This document shows, piece by piece, positions 26,240-40,622 of a stretch of DNA of 64,000 nt. Under the pieces are notes generated by a model, which made no database searches, was not told where the DNA came from, and saw nothing but the letters and a program-made list of their open reading frames with translations. The position numbers and the translations under genes are program-made. Origin of the DNA: the human T2T-CHM13v2.0 reference genome, Homo sapiens; the NCBI RefSeq assembly GCF_009914755.1, contig NC_060925.1. The stretch is one strand, 5' to 3'. Each line of letters starts with the position of its first letter. Positions within the stretch are counted from its first letter, which is position 1.

Positions 26240-27330
26240 ATATCTGTCATAAACACAGCCACTTACGGAGTCCTTAATGCATGCGAGGCACTATGCTAAG
26301 CATTTAACTACATTATTTCATTTAATCCCCTTAACAATTCTATGACACAGGTTCATCTTCATGCCTTTCACAGATGAGTAAACAGCTTCAGAAATGTGAA
26401 ATGATTTGAGTCATATGGCTAGTAAAAGTGACTTTAAGCTGGACCCAAATGGTACTTTAACCTTTCAAATTATTTGTATCTGTATTTTCTCAAGTTATTC
26501 TCCCCAGGAAGTCAGGTAGGTATTTAACAGTCCCGTTTTACAGATAGGGATCAAAATATTTAGAGCATTTAAATGACATCTCCAAATATAACTATGGATT
26601 TGAAGTTGTGAAATCAGAATTAGAACTCAGGGTACTCTCTCTACTATATCATACTGCCTTAGAAATTGTTTTTAAAATTATTTTTAAAGGTAATTTGCAT
26701 GATACATATATTTATAATTCCTTTCCCATGAATAAATGAGACAAAAGAGTTTCCAAAATCTTTTGTCATATGTCAGTTTCTTATAGAGTTCACCTCCATT
26801 TTCATTTTCTTTCTCTATTTCTATTTCCATTTCCGTTTCCTTCCATTTCCAGAGTAGGTTTTACCCCTCCAAGCAGGTCGTTTTCTGACTTTCCTGTGTA
26901 TTTCAGGAGAGCTTGAATGACTGAGTCATAGATCTTTCTCTTCTTTTTTTCCCCCTATATTTCTTTTTAATTAGTCCTCACCACCTGTGACTTGCAAAAG
27001 GTCAGGTATTATTATCTCCGTGCAAAAGATGAGGAGATTGAATCAACAGAAAGGTTAAGAAACTTGTCCAAGTCCACAGAGTTAGTGAGTGTTCTTCCTG
27101 ATCTTAAAGCCTGTACCCTATTTAATTATTTACTTTGAATTGGCCAGAAATCTGACTCTGAGAACAGCCTGTTTCTGCCCAAGATCAGAATAATCTTAAG
27201 CAAATTTCTTATTTTCTCTGGTCTCAGTTTCCTCTTCTGTTAAATGGAATTTCTGTAAAGGTTAAATGAGATAACATGTGTAAAGTATTTGCCACTGTGC
27301 CTTCAGTAGAAGACGTCAACAAAAGTAGAT
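26240..27330. mobile_element. Several MIR copies
   Basis: Minus-strand MIR cores at ~26240-26450, 26500-26660 and 26980-27120; plus-strand core at 27130-27330. Confidence 0.65.
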
Positions 27331-27336
27331 TGTGTC

Positions 27337-27361
27337 TGTGTGTGTGTGTGTGTGTGTGTGT
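27337..27361. repeat. (TG)n microsatellite
   Basis: Seen directly. Confidence 0.95.
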
Positions 27362-27479
27362 AGATACTACATACGTATGTTTATATATCTTTATATATAC
27401 CTATATAGTCATTATCATTATGTATTGTCATTATATAGTGTTGTATGTTTTATGAGCCTCATTTGTTTTAGAGTTTAAA

Positions 27480-27850
27480 AGACTTTTAATTGAAGTATAA
27501 TATACATACAGAGAAGTACACATATAAAGATATGGCTTGATGAATTTTCACAGAGTGAATAAATCTTAGCAATGAGCACTCAGATGAAGCACCCCGGGGC
27601 CCCTTCATGCCTCCTTCCAGTCACTATTCACCATCACCATGCCACTAACCTAACCTCTAGCAGCATAGACCACCTGTGTCTACTTTTGTACTTTATATGT
27701 GTATAATCATGCAGAGTTATTATACTCTTTTATGTCTGGCTTCTTTCATCAACATTATGTTTGTGACATTGCATAGAATTATAGTCTGTTCATTCACATT
27801 GTTGTATAATATCCATTGTGTGAATATACCTCCATTTATTTATTCTTCAT
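27480..27850 (-). mobile_element. L1ME-type 3' end
   Basis: ttttaattgaagtataatatacatacagagaagtacaca...tgtctggcttctttcatcaacattatgtttgtga. Confidence 0.75.
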
Positions 27851-28419
27851 GGGCTGATTTCAGACTTTCAAAACACCCTGTGAGCTAGAAAGCAAAGTAC
27901 TGCTATCCTCACTTAATAGATGAAGAAACTGAAGTTCAAAGAGGCATTTTCATTTGTGAAAGTTCAAGTAAATCATATGAGGGCCAGGCCCAAAACTCTT
28001 GCCTCCTAATTTCTAAATCCCAATTTTCAAATCCCATGCATTGAACCACACATTTCCATTAGGTGTGCAGACTCACCCTCCAGATAAGCCCCCTTAGTAC
28101 TCCTGAGGATGAGTTATCCTCCAGCTGCTGATTCAGGGAGAGTTTGGGAAAGTCCTTAAGGGATGCTTTTGTTGATTTTCACATATAGTATTAGGTTGTT
28201 AAGTAAGAAGGGGCCAGGACTGGGCTAATGGAGAAACTCATTCTAATTCTGCCGTTGCCACATTGCTGTGACTCACTGGACAAATGTTCTCATTTTGGGG
28301 GGGCCTTTGTTGAAAGGAGAAAATGTATGTGAAGACCTTTATCAAGGGGAAGTGAGTAAGGGAAAGGGAAGACAGTTTGCATCTGCTGGCCCTGATCCTG
28401 CTCTGGAACAGGGACAACC

Positions 28420-29065
28420 AGGATGAGCAAAACATCATCCCTGCCTTCAAGGAGTTCTGCCTGGTAGGAGAGAGTGAGAAGTTATGACACCTGCAATACA
28501 GTGTGAGAACTGCAACAGGGGCCTGCAGAAGCCCAGAGCCTGGGTGCCAGACCCAGCCTAGCAGGTGGCATCAGGGAAGATTTCTTGGGGGAGGAGATGC
28601 CTGAGCTGAATTTTGAAGAATAAATGAGCTAACTAGCCAGGCTCTGACATGTGGGAAATTATATTCTAAAGTAGTGGCTATCCATTCAAATCATCTGGGA
28701 AACTTAAAAAAATACTAATGATTGGGTCTTCTCCAGAAGAGTTTCTAATTTAATTGGTTGTGAGTGGTACCCAGGCACTAGTATTGATTTGAGCTCTCTG
28801 GCTGATTTTATTGTGTAATCAGGGACCATGAAGATCAGCAGAAGAAACTGCTTGAGTACGTTCAGGTTGGCTAAACCACCTTCCTCTTTGGGAAACTACT
28901 AGAACTTACTTGTTCCTGAAACAAGAAAGGTAAAATAGAAGGAGTTATGAGATGAGGATATACACAGGATCAGATGAAGAAAGTCCTTGTCTGTGAGCTA
29001 AAGACAAGGTGATGGGACAACATTAAGGATTTTAAGCAAGGGAGTAACATACCAGATTTACATTT
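28420..29065 (-). mobile_element. L2 with MER5B insert (~28670-28830); L2 resumes at ~31825-32330
   Basis: catccctgccttcaaggagtt...ctgagctgaattttgaagaat...aaggattttaagcaagggagtaacat. Confidence 0.65.
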
Positions 29066-29678
29066 TTATGTAGTCAAATATATATAATAAAGTTTCTCAT
29101 TTTAACAATTTTTAAGTATAATATTCTGTGGCATTAAGTAAATTCACATTATTATACAACCATCACCACCATCCATCTGCAGAACTTTGTCATCTCCAGC
29201 TGAAACGCTCTACTCATTAAACACTAATTCCCCATCCTCCCCTCCTCCCAGCCCCTGGAAACCACAATTCTACATTCTGTCTTCATGAATTTGACTACTA
29301 TAGGTACCTCATGTAAATGGAATCAACATTGTTTCTTTCTTTGTGACTGGCTTATTTCACTGAGCATAATGTCCTCAAGATTCAACCATGTTGTAGCCAT
29401 GTGTCAGAATTTCCTTCCTGTTTAAGGCTGAATAATATTCCATTATACATATACCACATTTTCCATGTATTCTGTAATTGTGTGTATACCACATTTTGTT
29501 TATCCATTCATCCGTCTGTAAATACTTGAGTTGCTTCCACCTTTTGGTTATTGTGAATAATCCTGCTGTGAACATGGGTGTACAAATATGTGTTTGAGTG
29601 CTGCTTTCAATTCTTTTGGGTATACATCCAGAAGTGAAATCTCTAAATCACATGATAATTCTATGTTTAATTTTTTGA

Positions 29679-30062
<384 letters not shown>

Positions 30063-30836
30063 TATGTTCTGAATTTTTTTGATTTTGTTGGTTTGGTTGT
30101 TTGTTTGGTTGGTTGGTTGGTTGGGTTTCGTATACTAGCCATCCTAATGCGTGTGAAGTGATATCTCATTGTGGCTTTTATTTGCCTTTCCCTAACATCT
30201 AGTGATATTGAGCATCTTTTTAAGTGCTTATTCATTTTTTGAATATCTTCTCTGGAGAAATATTTATTCAAGTTCTGTGCCTAGTTTTAAATTGGATTGT
30301 TGTTTTGTTGCTGAGTTGTAGGAGTTCCTTATATATTCTGGACATTGGTTCTTTATATGATATAGGATTTGTAAGTATTTTTTCCCATCTTATATGTTGC
30401 CTTTTTACTCTGTTAATACTGGCCTTTCACACACAAAAGTTTTTAAATTTTGATGAAGTCTAACATCTATTTTTTCTTTTGTTGTGCTTTTGAGGTCATA
30501 TCCAAAAAATCAATGCCAAATCCAATGTCATGAACATTTTCTCTTATGTTTTCTTCTAAAACTTTTATATTTTTAACTCTTTTGTTTAGGTCTTTGATCA
30601 ATTTTAAGTTTGAATATGGTGTAAGGTAAGGATCCAGCTTCATTTTTTTGAATGTGGACAATCAGTTTTCCCAATACTATTTGTTGAACAGATTGTCTTT
30701 TCCCCCATTGACTGGTCATGACACCCTTGTTGAAAATCACTGGACCATATATGCAAGGGTGTACTTCTGGGCTCTCTATTCTATTCCATTTGTCTATATC
30801 TATCTTTATACTTTTATACCAGTACATCACTGTTTT

Positions 30837-31010
30837 TTGTATGTGCTTTTTGTTTGTTCATTTTTTTAAGAGACGAGGTCTCGCTCTGTTGCCCAGGCTA
30901 GAGTGCAGTGGCATGAGCATAGCTCACTGCTGCCTTGAACTCCTGGGGGATCCTCTTGACTCAGCCCCCCTCATTGATGGGACTACAGGCATGAGCCACC
31001 ACCCCTGCAC
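30837..31010 (-). mobile_element. FRAM/AluJ monomer
   Basis: gagacgaggtctcgctctgttgcccaggc...atagctcactgc; TSD tcactgtttt. Confidence 0.85.
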
Positions 31011-32464
31011 TCACTGTTTTGATTACTATAGTTTACCATAAGTTTTGAAATCAGGAAGTTGAGACCTCCAACTTTGTTCTTCTTTTTCAAGATTATTTTG
31101 ACTAGCTGGGTTCCTCAAGATATCAGACACCTTTTAGAACAGATTTTTAGGAAAAACATCCAAAAAATTTCTGCAAAAAATGTCATTGAGATTTTGATAT
31201 AAATTGCATTTAATCCATAGATTGCTTTGGGTAGTGTCAACGTCTTAATAATAGTAAGTCTTCCAATCCATAAACACAGGCTATCTCTCCATTTATTTGT
31301 GTCCTCTTCAATTTCTTTCAGCAATGTTTTATAGTTTTCAGTGTGTAAGTTGTTTGTTTCCTTGGTCAAGTTCATTTCTATTTTATTATTTTTGTGATGT
31401 TACTACAAATAGAATTGTTTCTTAATTTCTTTTTCAGATTACTTATGTTGAGTTTATAGAAATGCAATTGATTTTTGTGCATCAGTTTTGTATCTGGCAA
31501 CTTTTCTGATTTATTAGTTCTAGCAGTGTCCTGTGGAATTCAGAGTTTTCCCTAAATCAGTTCATATCTCATCCACTAACAGATACAATTTTACTTCATC
31601 CTTTCCAATTTGGATACCTTTTATTTGTTTTTCTTGCCTAATTGCTCTAGCCAGGAATTCCACTACTATGTTAAACAGAAGTAGCAAAAGCAGGCATCTT
31701 TCTTATTCCTGATCTCAGAGGAAAAGCTTTCAGTTTGTCACCACTGAGTACGAGGTTAGGTGTGGGTTTTTCATGTATGGCCTTAATTACGTTGAGGTAT
31801 TTTTTTCTATTCCAGTTTTATAGTGTGATTTACATTTACAAAAATACTTTGGCTGTCAAGTAGAGAATGGACTGGGTGGAGATGAGCTGATAGTTGAGAG
31901 ACCTTTTAGAAGCTGTTGTAATAGTTTAAGCAAAAGATGATGTAGTTACCAATTAGAGTAGTATTAGAAAGAAATGGAGAGGAGGAAATAGTTATGAGAA
32001 ACTTTTAGGAAGTAATGTTAGTAGAATGTAGTGACTAATTGGATATGCTAGAAGGTAAGGTTCAAGGATGCTTTCCAGGTTTCTGACTTGGGAAACTAGA
32101 GAGGGGTTGTTTTATGAGGAATGATGATGAGTTAATTAAGGATGAAGCACTTGGGGACAAGCAATTAGAAGAGTCATGAGCTTGAAGAAAAAGGCATGGG
32201 CCAGGGATGGAAATTTTTGAAATATTTCCACCCAGGTAGTGGTCAAAACCATGTGTAGGGATGGGTTGAGCAAGAGATACAAAAACAAATGCCTGGAGGG
32301 GCCAGACAGGCAACAACCATAGTGGATGGTGGCTGATGCAATACCCCAAGGGAGCTTAGGACCTGGGGCAAATGAGTTTGCAGGCCCTAACCAATGTAAT
32401 CAGCCAAGCAAAGCAGACTGCTGGTTTCTGTCCTGCCCCCATCCCGTTCCATTGTTCTCCCTTA

Positions 32465-32832
<368 letters not shown>

Positions 32833-33599
32833 TCATCTTAATGGAATTTCAAGGAATATGTCAGACCACTGGAGAGGTAATTTGAGTCAAGAGAGGCCTC
32901 CCTCTCCTCAGCACATTTGACATCATCACAGAGGCAGACGTGGCTCCAGTTGCAATTGGCTCTGCTCTTCACTGTGTTCCCTAGCAGCATTGCTCAGAGC
33001 AGTGACCGCCAGGAGCTAAAGTTGAGGAGCCTGGGGGGCCTTAATAGGGAGAGCCAAGAGATCTCAAGGCCAAGGCCAGCAGGCCTGGCTCCTGTTTCAG
33101 GGCCTGGAAGCTTAGTCCTTTAAAACATCAACATATTAATGAGCTGCTGAAGGCTTGGCTTTCCATACATGGGACATTTGGAAAGAAAAGGTTATTTTTG
33201 TTGTTGTTTTTAATACATAAATAACACAATCTGACTTTTTAGCACAGCAGAGAGGTCTGAGCAGCCAGAATAGGAAGACCCCCCACAGGGGTGAATTTCT
33301 GAAGCCAGTTCTTGCACGAGCCTGAAGCTCCAGGGGGACTCAGGCCCGAGCAGCCAGAGGTCAGCATCTCTGTTTCCATTTTTCCTATAAATGGCAGTCC
33401 AACTAGGGCAGGGGAGCAAGGCAATTGGCCTGGGTTGTTGGAGTTGTTTGTTTGACCTGCTGGATTGAACAAACTTAGCATGTCTGTGATTTTGCCCTTT
33501 AGATGGCAAAATCTATGTGGACCAGACAGGAGATTTTAGGAGGCCCTTTCTGGTGGCAGAAACAATCAGCTCTATTAAGCAACCAGCAAGCAAACACAC

Positions 33600-33820
33600 T
33601 CATTCTTCAAAGCCTGGCTCAGATGTCATCTTCTACATTCAAACCTTTTCCATCTCATGCCTTTAGGACCCCATAACATTTACTTGTGTTATGTGCCTCA
33701 CTGGGCCTCACTTTGGGCTTCTCAAAGGCAGGAAGGGTCTGATTCTAATTCTACATGTATGTGCTTTAGGACCAAGCTAGGTGCCTTGTACACACCCAGT
33801 GTTTGAATGAATTAATGCAT
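33600..33820 (+). mobile_element. L2 3' end
   Basis: cattcttcaaagcctggctcagatgtcatc...tgtttgaatgaattaatg. Confidence 0.6.
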
Positions 33821-33907
33821 GGCTTAACATTTTATTAATGTAGTGTTCCTTCCTTCACACTGCCAACTTCCTGTGGCTCCTATGTAATCTTTCTTTCTTA
33901 CAGCTAT

Positions 33908-34371
33908 TGTATTAGTTTCCTAGAGATGCCATGACAAAGTACCACAAAGAAGATTGGCTTAAAGAACAGGCATGTATTGTCTATAGTCCTGGAGATGAGA
34001 AGTCCAAGGTCAAGGTGTCCATGGGGCTGATTCCTTCTGAGGGTTATGAGGGAGCATCTGTTCCAGGCCTGCCTCCTAGCTTCTGGTGGTTTGCTGGCAA
34101 CCTTTGGCATTCCTTGGCTTATTGATGCATCTTTCCAATCTCTGCCTTCCTTCATGTTCATGTGGCATTCTCCCTGTGTGCATGTCTAAATTTTCTCTTT
34201 TAATAACGACAACAGTCATATTGGATCAGGGCCAACCCTATTCCATTATGACCTCATCTTAACTCATTACATCTGCACTGACCCTATTTCCAAATAAAGT
34301 TACATTGTAAGGTACTGGAGGTTAGGTCTTCAAATTCTAAATTTGGACAGGACACACACCTACTCATAACA
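33908..34371 (-). mobile_element. MLT1C-like solo LTR
   Basis: tgtattagtttcctagagatgcc...gaagtccaaggtcaaggtgtc...ccctatttccaaataaagt...cataaca. Confidence 0.88.
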
Positions 34372-35171
34372 GTCATGATTTACACCTGGCAATTTTCAAA
34401 GAGCTGTCCACTCTCACAGCCTTCTTGAGGTTAAGGATTACATCCTATTCTCATGAGGCTGGGGTATCTTAGAAGGAGCTCTGCTCTAAAAGGACAAGTG
34501 ACTCCTATTTCTTTGCCTCAGTTTTCTCATATTTAAATCACAAAGGTAGAGTAAATAATTCCTTGAGCCTTTCTTAGATCTGAGATCCTTGCATTTTTCT
34601 GGAAATCAGTGTCCCAAGGCATGCTGTCTTTTCTAGGAGTTCTCTCATCTCTAACTAGCAGCAACCTGACCACTAGAATACCTTGCTCTTTCTTTTGCTA
34701 ATCTGTTTTATGTCTAAAACTTATATCCTACCCCTTTCTTGGCCTCCTCGCTCTGAGGTTCTCATTGCCCAAGATTTCACAACTTAGTTAATAAAAGTAC
34801 ACTTGTTGGCATTGTCATTGATCAATGGTATTTCTCATTTTTTATTCAGTAATGTGGACAATCTCACACAGTTTGTCAATTTACGATTTTTGCTGTGTGT
34901 ATGCAGAGGTGCACTCATAATTTAATTTTGAAAAACCTTGAAGAAGATGTTATCCAAACAGACGAAAGGGAGTTCATGGTTGTAAAAATAATGATCTAGC
35001 CTTCTCTGACTCTCTGCTGTTTTAAAGAACTACTACGTCTGGCATCTGTCCAGTATTTGTGTGGCCTGAACCCATTTTATTCACCCATATGAGCCACTTC
35101 TTTTCTTTATGCATGTTTCATTACAGGCACATTGTATATATCTATGTGTGTTTCTCTGTGCATATTAATAT

Positions 35172-35598
35172 TGTCAAAAGACAAAATTACAACAAATTTA
35201 GAGATCCTAATTGACTTTCGTTTATTTCCAGAATTGGGCAACACCTCATTCTACAAAGTAGTTTCAGTGTTCCCATAAGCCGAGCAGAAGATGGTTTTAT
35301 AAACAGAAAGGGGCCAAGGAAAGCAGAAACAGAAAATAAAAAGCAGATTGGTTGTTTCAAAGTTACTTTCCTTATAAAGGTCAAAGCTGGCCTTATAAAG
35401 GCCAGCTAAAACTAGCTTGTTTGAGGTTTTGGCTATTATTTCTCTCTCTGTTGATTTATCAGAAAGTCAGATAAACAATTTTGTCTCAGCTTGGTGATGT
35501 GGAAATTTAACATGAATGATTCCATTTTGGTTTGGTCTTTTGGACCTGGTACAGGAGCTCAGTCCAAATCAATGGCCTCCTATAAATTTTATTTAAAA
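35172..35598 (-). mobile_element. ERV1-class solo LTR (MER31-like)
   Basis: tgtcaaaagacaaaattacaacaaattta...aaagcagattggttg...caatggcctcctataaattttatttaa; family from memory. Confidence 0.6.
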
Positions 35599-35829
35599 TT
35601 ATCCATTTCTCCCTTTATGCTTTTGTTTTTGATACACTTTACTCCTGACACATGGCCTTTCTCCATCATCTCCTACTTATCTACTAAGACTCAGCTAAAA
35701 TGCTACCATCTCATGAAGCTCCCTCTTACCTCCCCAAGCAACAGAACTTACGCCATTGCCTGAATGCCATTGTACTGTATCTGTACTTTTCTCTGGCACT
35801 TACTCACTTTCTACTTTGTACAAGTGCAC

Positions 35830-36130
35830 TCAGCTTCACTACTTTTCAGCTCTAACTCTCAGTAGGTCAGTTAAACTCTCAAGCCTCAGTTTGTTCATCT
35901 GCATGATGGGAACCATAATACCAACGTCTAGAGTAGTTATGAGAATTAAGACAATAAATGTGAATGTCCTAGAACACAACAGATTCTCAATACATATTAG
36001 TTCCCTCTCTCACCCCCCGTGTCAGGGTTTGTATATTTGCTCAATTCTGCATCCCCCATCACCCTCTAGAATAGCTCCTGGCATTTTTCTGCATGCTTAA
36101 TTCGAGATGGATAAATTAATGGATGGAAGG
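35830..36130 (+). mobile_element. MIR plus L2 tail
   Basis: gcctcagtttgttcatctgcatgatggga. Confidence 0.65.
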
Positions 36131-36520
36131 TAAATTACATGGCCTATGAGAAAAATTGCTAATACTTTGGGTTAATACTTTTATCCAAACAATATCAGAT
36201 TTGAGTCTTCATCAGTGAAAATCCTAATCTAATTAGTAAGTAAATGAAAGCACTTTATGGCCTCTACTTACAGTCCCCATCCCCCAACCCCACCACACAC
36301 ATATACTTTATTTTTTCATTCACTCCTGCCCAGATACTCAGCTGCCTCTTGGATGCTTTATTCAAGCCTGTCTTTCTCCCTGGACTTAACTTATTCTCTA
36401 TATTTCCTCTTCTTTCTCTCTCCATGTCTATCACAATTTACCTGTTTCCTGTGCTAATCACTTATAGCTCCAATTATCACAAAGAAACATCTTTATTTGG
36501 TGTTAGGAAGGGCTTAATGA

Positions 36521-37057
36521 TGTGGTAGCCAGCCTCCAAGAGGGATCCTAATGAGCATCACTTTCTGGAGTTTATGCCCTTCTATAGTCCCCTCTCATAT
36601 TGAATAAGGATTACTTTATGGCCAATAAAATACTCAGAAAATGACAGTGTGTGATGTCGAGGCAATGTCATAAAATACATTGCTGCTTTCACCTTGGGAT
36701 CTAGGATTGCTCCCACTGGGGGAAGCCAGCCACCATGTTGTGAGGACACCCAAGCAACCCTGTAGATAGATTAATACACAGAAAAATTAAGGCCTCCTGC
36801 CAACAGCCAGTACCAACTTGCCAGTCATATGAGAGAACCACCATGGAAGTCGATCCTCTAGATTCAGGCAACCCTTCAGATGACTATAGCCCAGTCCAAC
36901 ACCGGATTCAATCTTATTAGAGACTTCAAGCTTAAACCACCAGCCAAGCCACTCCCAAATTCTTGAGCTACAGAAACAGAAATAATAAATACGTATTTTT
37001 GTTTAAGGCCACTGTGTTTGGAGGGGATTTGTGGCATAGCAATAAATAACTAATATA
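36521..37057 (+). mobile_element. MLT1F-type solo LTR
   Basis: tgtggtagccagcctccaag...gaagccagccaccatgttgtgagg...gcaataaataactaata. Confidence 0.85.
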
Positions 37058-37199
37058 TTGGGTTACCCTGATGCTACTGAGTCCAAATAGTAAAATTCCT
37101 GGATTCCAGGAAGCATAGGTCCAGTGAGGGAGAGATTGGGAGCAGATGGAACTATCAAAGCCTCTCATGTCCCCACAAGTTAAAAGTAGGAGATCCTTC

Positions 37200-37790
37200 A
37201 ACCACTTGGTTAAACTGCATGGCAGTATCCACAGGAGGTAAACATGTACAAATCCTAACACTCAGAAATTCCACTTGCAGGTATGTACCCAGTGGAAATG
37301 GGTTCACCAAAGACACATGCAAGAATGTTTGTTAACAGGATTATTGATAATAGCCAAAACCCAGGAACAACCCAGATGTCCATCAACAGTAGAATGGATA
37401 AATACATTGTAGTGTATTCATGAAAACACTGTATAGAATTGAGAAGAAGCAAGCAAGCTATAACTACAAAAAACAATATGGATAAATGTCTCAAATAGTG
37501 CATAGAGTGAAAAAAAAGCCAGTTATGAAGAATATCTATTTGTGATTCTACTTGTATAAAGTATAAAACAGCAAAATTAGTCTATAATGTAAAATACCAA
37601 TTATACTTAGGGGATATAATGAAAGGGGTTTCTAGGCTCTGAGAATCTTCTGTTTTTTGTTTTTTGTTTTTTAACTGCTAATAGCCTGGAGACAGATTCT
37701 CATTTGAAAAAAATCAGTGAACTATACACTTAGGATTTGTGTACTTTTCAGTATGGATATTATACTTCAATAAACAATTTACTTTAAAAA
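37200..37790 (+). mobile_element. L1ME-type 3' region
   Basis: aatagccaaaacccaggaacaacccagatgtccatcaacagtagaatggataaat...tatacttcaataaa. Confidence 0.75.
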
Positions 37791-37934
37791 TCTTACCAAG
37801 TTTTAAAAAGAAATAGGTGTACCTGAGAGCAGCACATGTTTCAAAAGGGTCTTGCTTTATATTGAGGAAGGAAGTAGGGGATGAAAAATTCCTAGTTTAC
37901 TATTAACTTGCTTGGGCCTCACTTGCCCAATAAT

Positions 37935-38165
37935 AATAATAATAAAATAAGTTAATATGTATTATGTACCAACTATACTTAAAGCATTATGTCTGGCAAA
38001 TAAGTATGGCATTTTATTTAATTTCAAAACAATTTTTCAAACAGGTAATATCATACTCATTTTACAAATGTGGAAGCTGAAGTCAAGAGAAATTGAATAA
38101 CTTCCCAGAGTTACAACATGTACCAATGTCATAGGCTACACTTGAGCCCCTATCTCTGGTTCCTA
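37935..38165 (-). mobile_element. MIR
   Basis: catactcattttacaaatgtggaagctgaag. Confidence 0.65.
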
Positions 38166-38264
38166 AGACTTCATTTTTTTCAACAATTTCATTATTATGC
38201 TAAAAAGAGGGAGAGTAAGTAATGTTTTACATTCCTTTAGTACATGATTAAGATCTATGCATAT

Positions 38265-38345
38265 TAAATCTATATGTGCATGTATGTATATGTATATATT
38301 ATGTATGTATGTACATACCTGCTTATAGGTGTGTGGGTGTATATG
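38265..38345. repeat. Degenerate (TA/TG)n low-complexity tract
   Basis: tatatgtgcatgtatgtatatgtatatattatgtatgtatg. Confidence 0.75.
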
Positions 38346-38589
38346 AGTGCTCACATAGTAAATTATGTAAACTAGGCTCTGCCGGCCCAGTGCCAAGATC
38401 TACAGGGAAACAAAAAAATGTAAAGATTTGCTAGAATGGCTCGAAATATTTGACTTTTGGCGTTGTGTAATTCAAACATCTGAATAAACTCTCTGTCTGA
38501 TTTTCACCCATATATTTACTCAGTACAGATACTAGCTCTGGCTCAGTGATCCAGTGGGTGAACTGATTAGCATTCCTTCCTGTAATGCT

Positions 38590-39030
38590 CTCCTTGCTTC
38601 TGCTATTTCTGCTTCTGAACTTAGAATAATAAAACTACCAAATGGAAGCTGGGCACATGGTCACCCAACTGGAGACTCCATTTTTCATCTTTCCTTGCAG
38701 TGTGGGGATGTGAGGTAGGGTAAGTGATGCCTGAAACCTCCAGGTCACCCTCTTTAAAAACAAAGTCCCTTATGCTGGACTTGCTTCTTTTTCTCCCTGC
38801 AGGCTGGAAATGGAATAAGACAGTAACCCAGCCTCAACCAGAGATGAAGCCAACACTGTAGGAATGGTGCAAAAACAAGTTGGAAGTCACATGGGGTGCC
38901 CTGTGGAGCAGAGCCACCCCACTCACCTGACTACATTCCTCTGGACTATTAGGTAAGAGAGAAATAAAGTTCTATTTCACGTAAGTCCAGTGTAGGGATC
39001 CCTGGTACACTTACCCTGTACCCTACCTAA
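38590..39030 (+). mobile_element. Old MLT1 (I/J-like) LTR
   Basis: gctgggcacatggtcaccca...tggagcagagccacc...ctctggactatt...gagagaaataaag. Confidence 0.55.
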
Positions 39031-40039
39031 TGCTTGTGGCTTTACAGGGCGGGCGTTAATTCACACCAATACACGAACAAGCACCTTGGGCAAGAACTCA
39101 GTCCTCAACAGCCAATTGAATTCCCAAGTGAGAGACTGCTCTGCAGGAAGCAGCCTCAGAGGGACTGATAACGTCCCCATCATAGCTTACAACAGTCTCA
39201 TACCCACCTTCTTCTTTGATCCTCATCACAAATATATAGAGTAAAAATTAACTATATTCTCATTTTGTCCAAGAAACCAGTTCTTGAACAAGTTTCTTGC
39301 TTATGTGAGTAAGGGACATGAAACAAAGCTTGCATCACTCCTGGTCTCCCCAAACAAGGAGCTCCGTGGCAGCGTGAGGCTACATGAAGGGAATCCTGAG
39401 AGTGATGCCCTTCCCCTCTTGTTGCAAAGCAACAAAGTTCACAGTCAAACAGCCTCAACAATACTAATGTAAAATGATACAGGAATTTAAGTGACCTTAC
39501 TTTAAATCAGCCTAGCTCTCTCTCCCTTCCCAACTTTGGATTTAAGTTGGCATAACCAGGCAGCCTTATGCCTGTAGCCCAGATTTTGCCCATTGAAGTC
39601 ATATTTTTATATAATTTCCTAGCCTGCAGCACACTTACATTCTCATTGTTGTCTTAGGACAAACCTATGAGGTAAGTATTTTTCTTTTTCCCATTTTTTT
39701 ACAGATGGAGAAACTAAGGCTCAGAGAGGTTAAGCAACTTGCCTCTGGTAACACAGTAAATATATGAGATCATCCACATTAAATACTCAATATCTTGCCT
39801 GGCCCTTCTGAAGTGCTTAATAGCATGTTAGTTACTGCTATGAGTAGTAGGAAGGGATGTAAATTGAAGTCCCCTGGCCTTAAATCCACTATTCCACTTG
39901 GCCTCTGTCCTGCCTGTTGCTTTCCCTCCTGTACCTGAGTCTGCCTTGGTAACCTACCCAGCAATTATGATGGCCTCCCTTACATGGTACTTTTCCTGTG
40001 CCAGGAACTGTTCTACACGCTTTCCAGTTATTAACTTAC

Positions 40040-40622
40040 GTCCATGCCCTCCAGCCAAAAACCACCAGGAACACAACTGTAGTTGAACAAAATTGAGCTT
40101 ATTGATGTGTTGCAATGAGGGAGAAATCACGTCATAGAGATTCATGGGGTGCCTCAGTAGAGGGTATTAGAAAGCACTTACATGCTGTGAGCTTGAGTTA
40201 GGTGATAATGGAGAGAGTTTACGGAAGTGGGGGTTTGCTCTGTATTGGGTGCTGCCAGAAAATGGGGATGATCCTATGATTGAGTATTTTAATGAATCTT
40301 ATCTAGAGGGAGAGAAGACTAGAAGGAGGCCTAAGAAGTCCTTAGTAAAGAAGCAGCAATCACTCATATTAGTTGGGAGATGCAGATATTTGGTATTTTT
40401 GTGGTTTGCACAGTGACCCTGTTTTTGTCTGTGCTTGGCAAAAAATTATAAAATAGTCTTTTTAAAAATTTTGTATCACTTGTGAGATTATTCATGTTCC
40501 ATGGGAGAACACCTCAACCTAGCCATGAGTGCCAGGCCAGCACCCAACATGGAGGCCTAGCTTTCAGTGCTCGGTCAGTTCATAGTCCTGTGAGAAGTCA
40601 GGGAGTGCTTTTCTCTTTCTCA
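40040..40622 (-). mobile_element. ERV-type solo LTR inserted in a MIR (39965-40805); family uncertain
   Basis: ~580-bp block splitting an antisense MIR; minus strand begins TGAGAAAGAGAAAAGC and has AATAAA near its 3' end. Confidence 0.55.
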
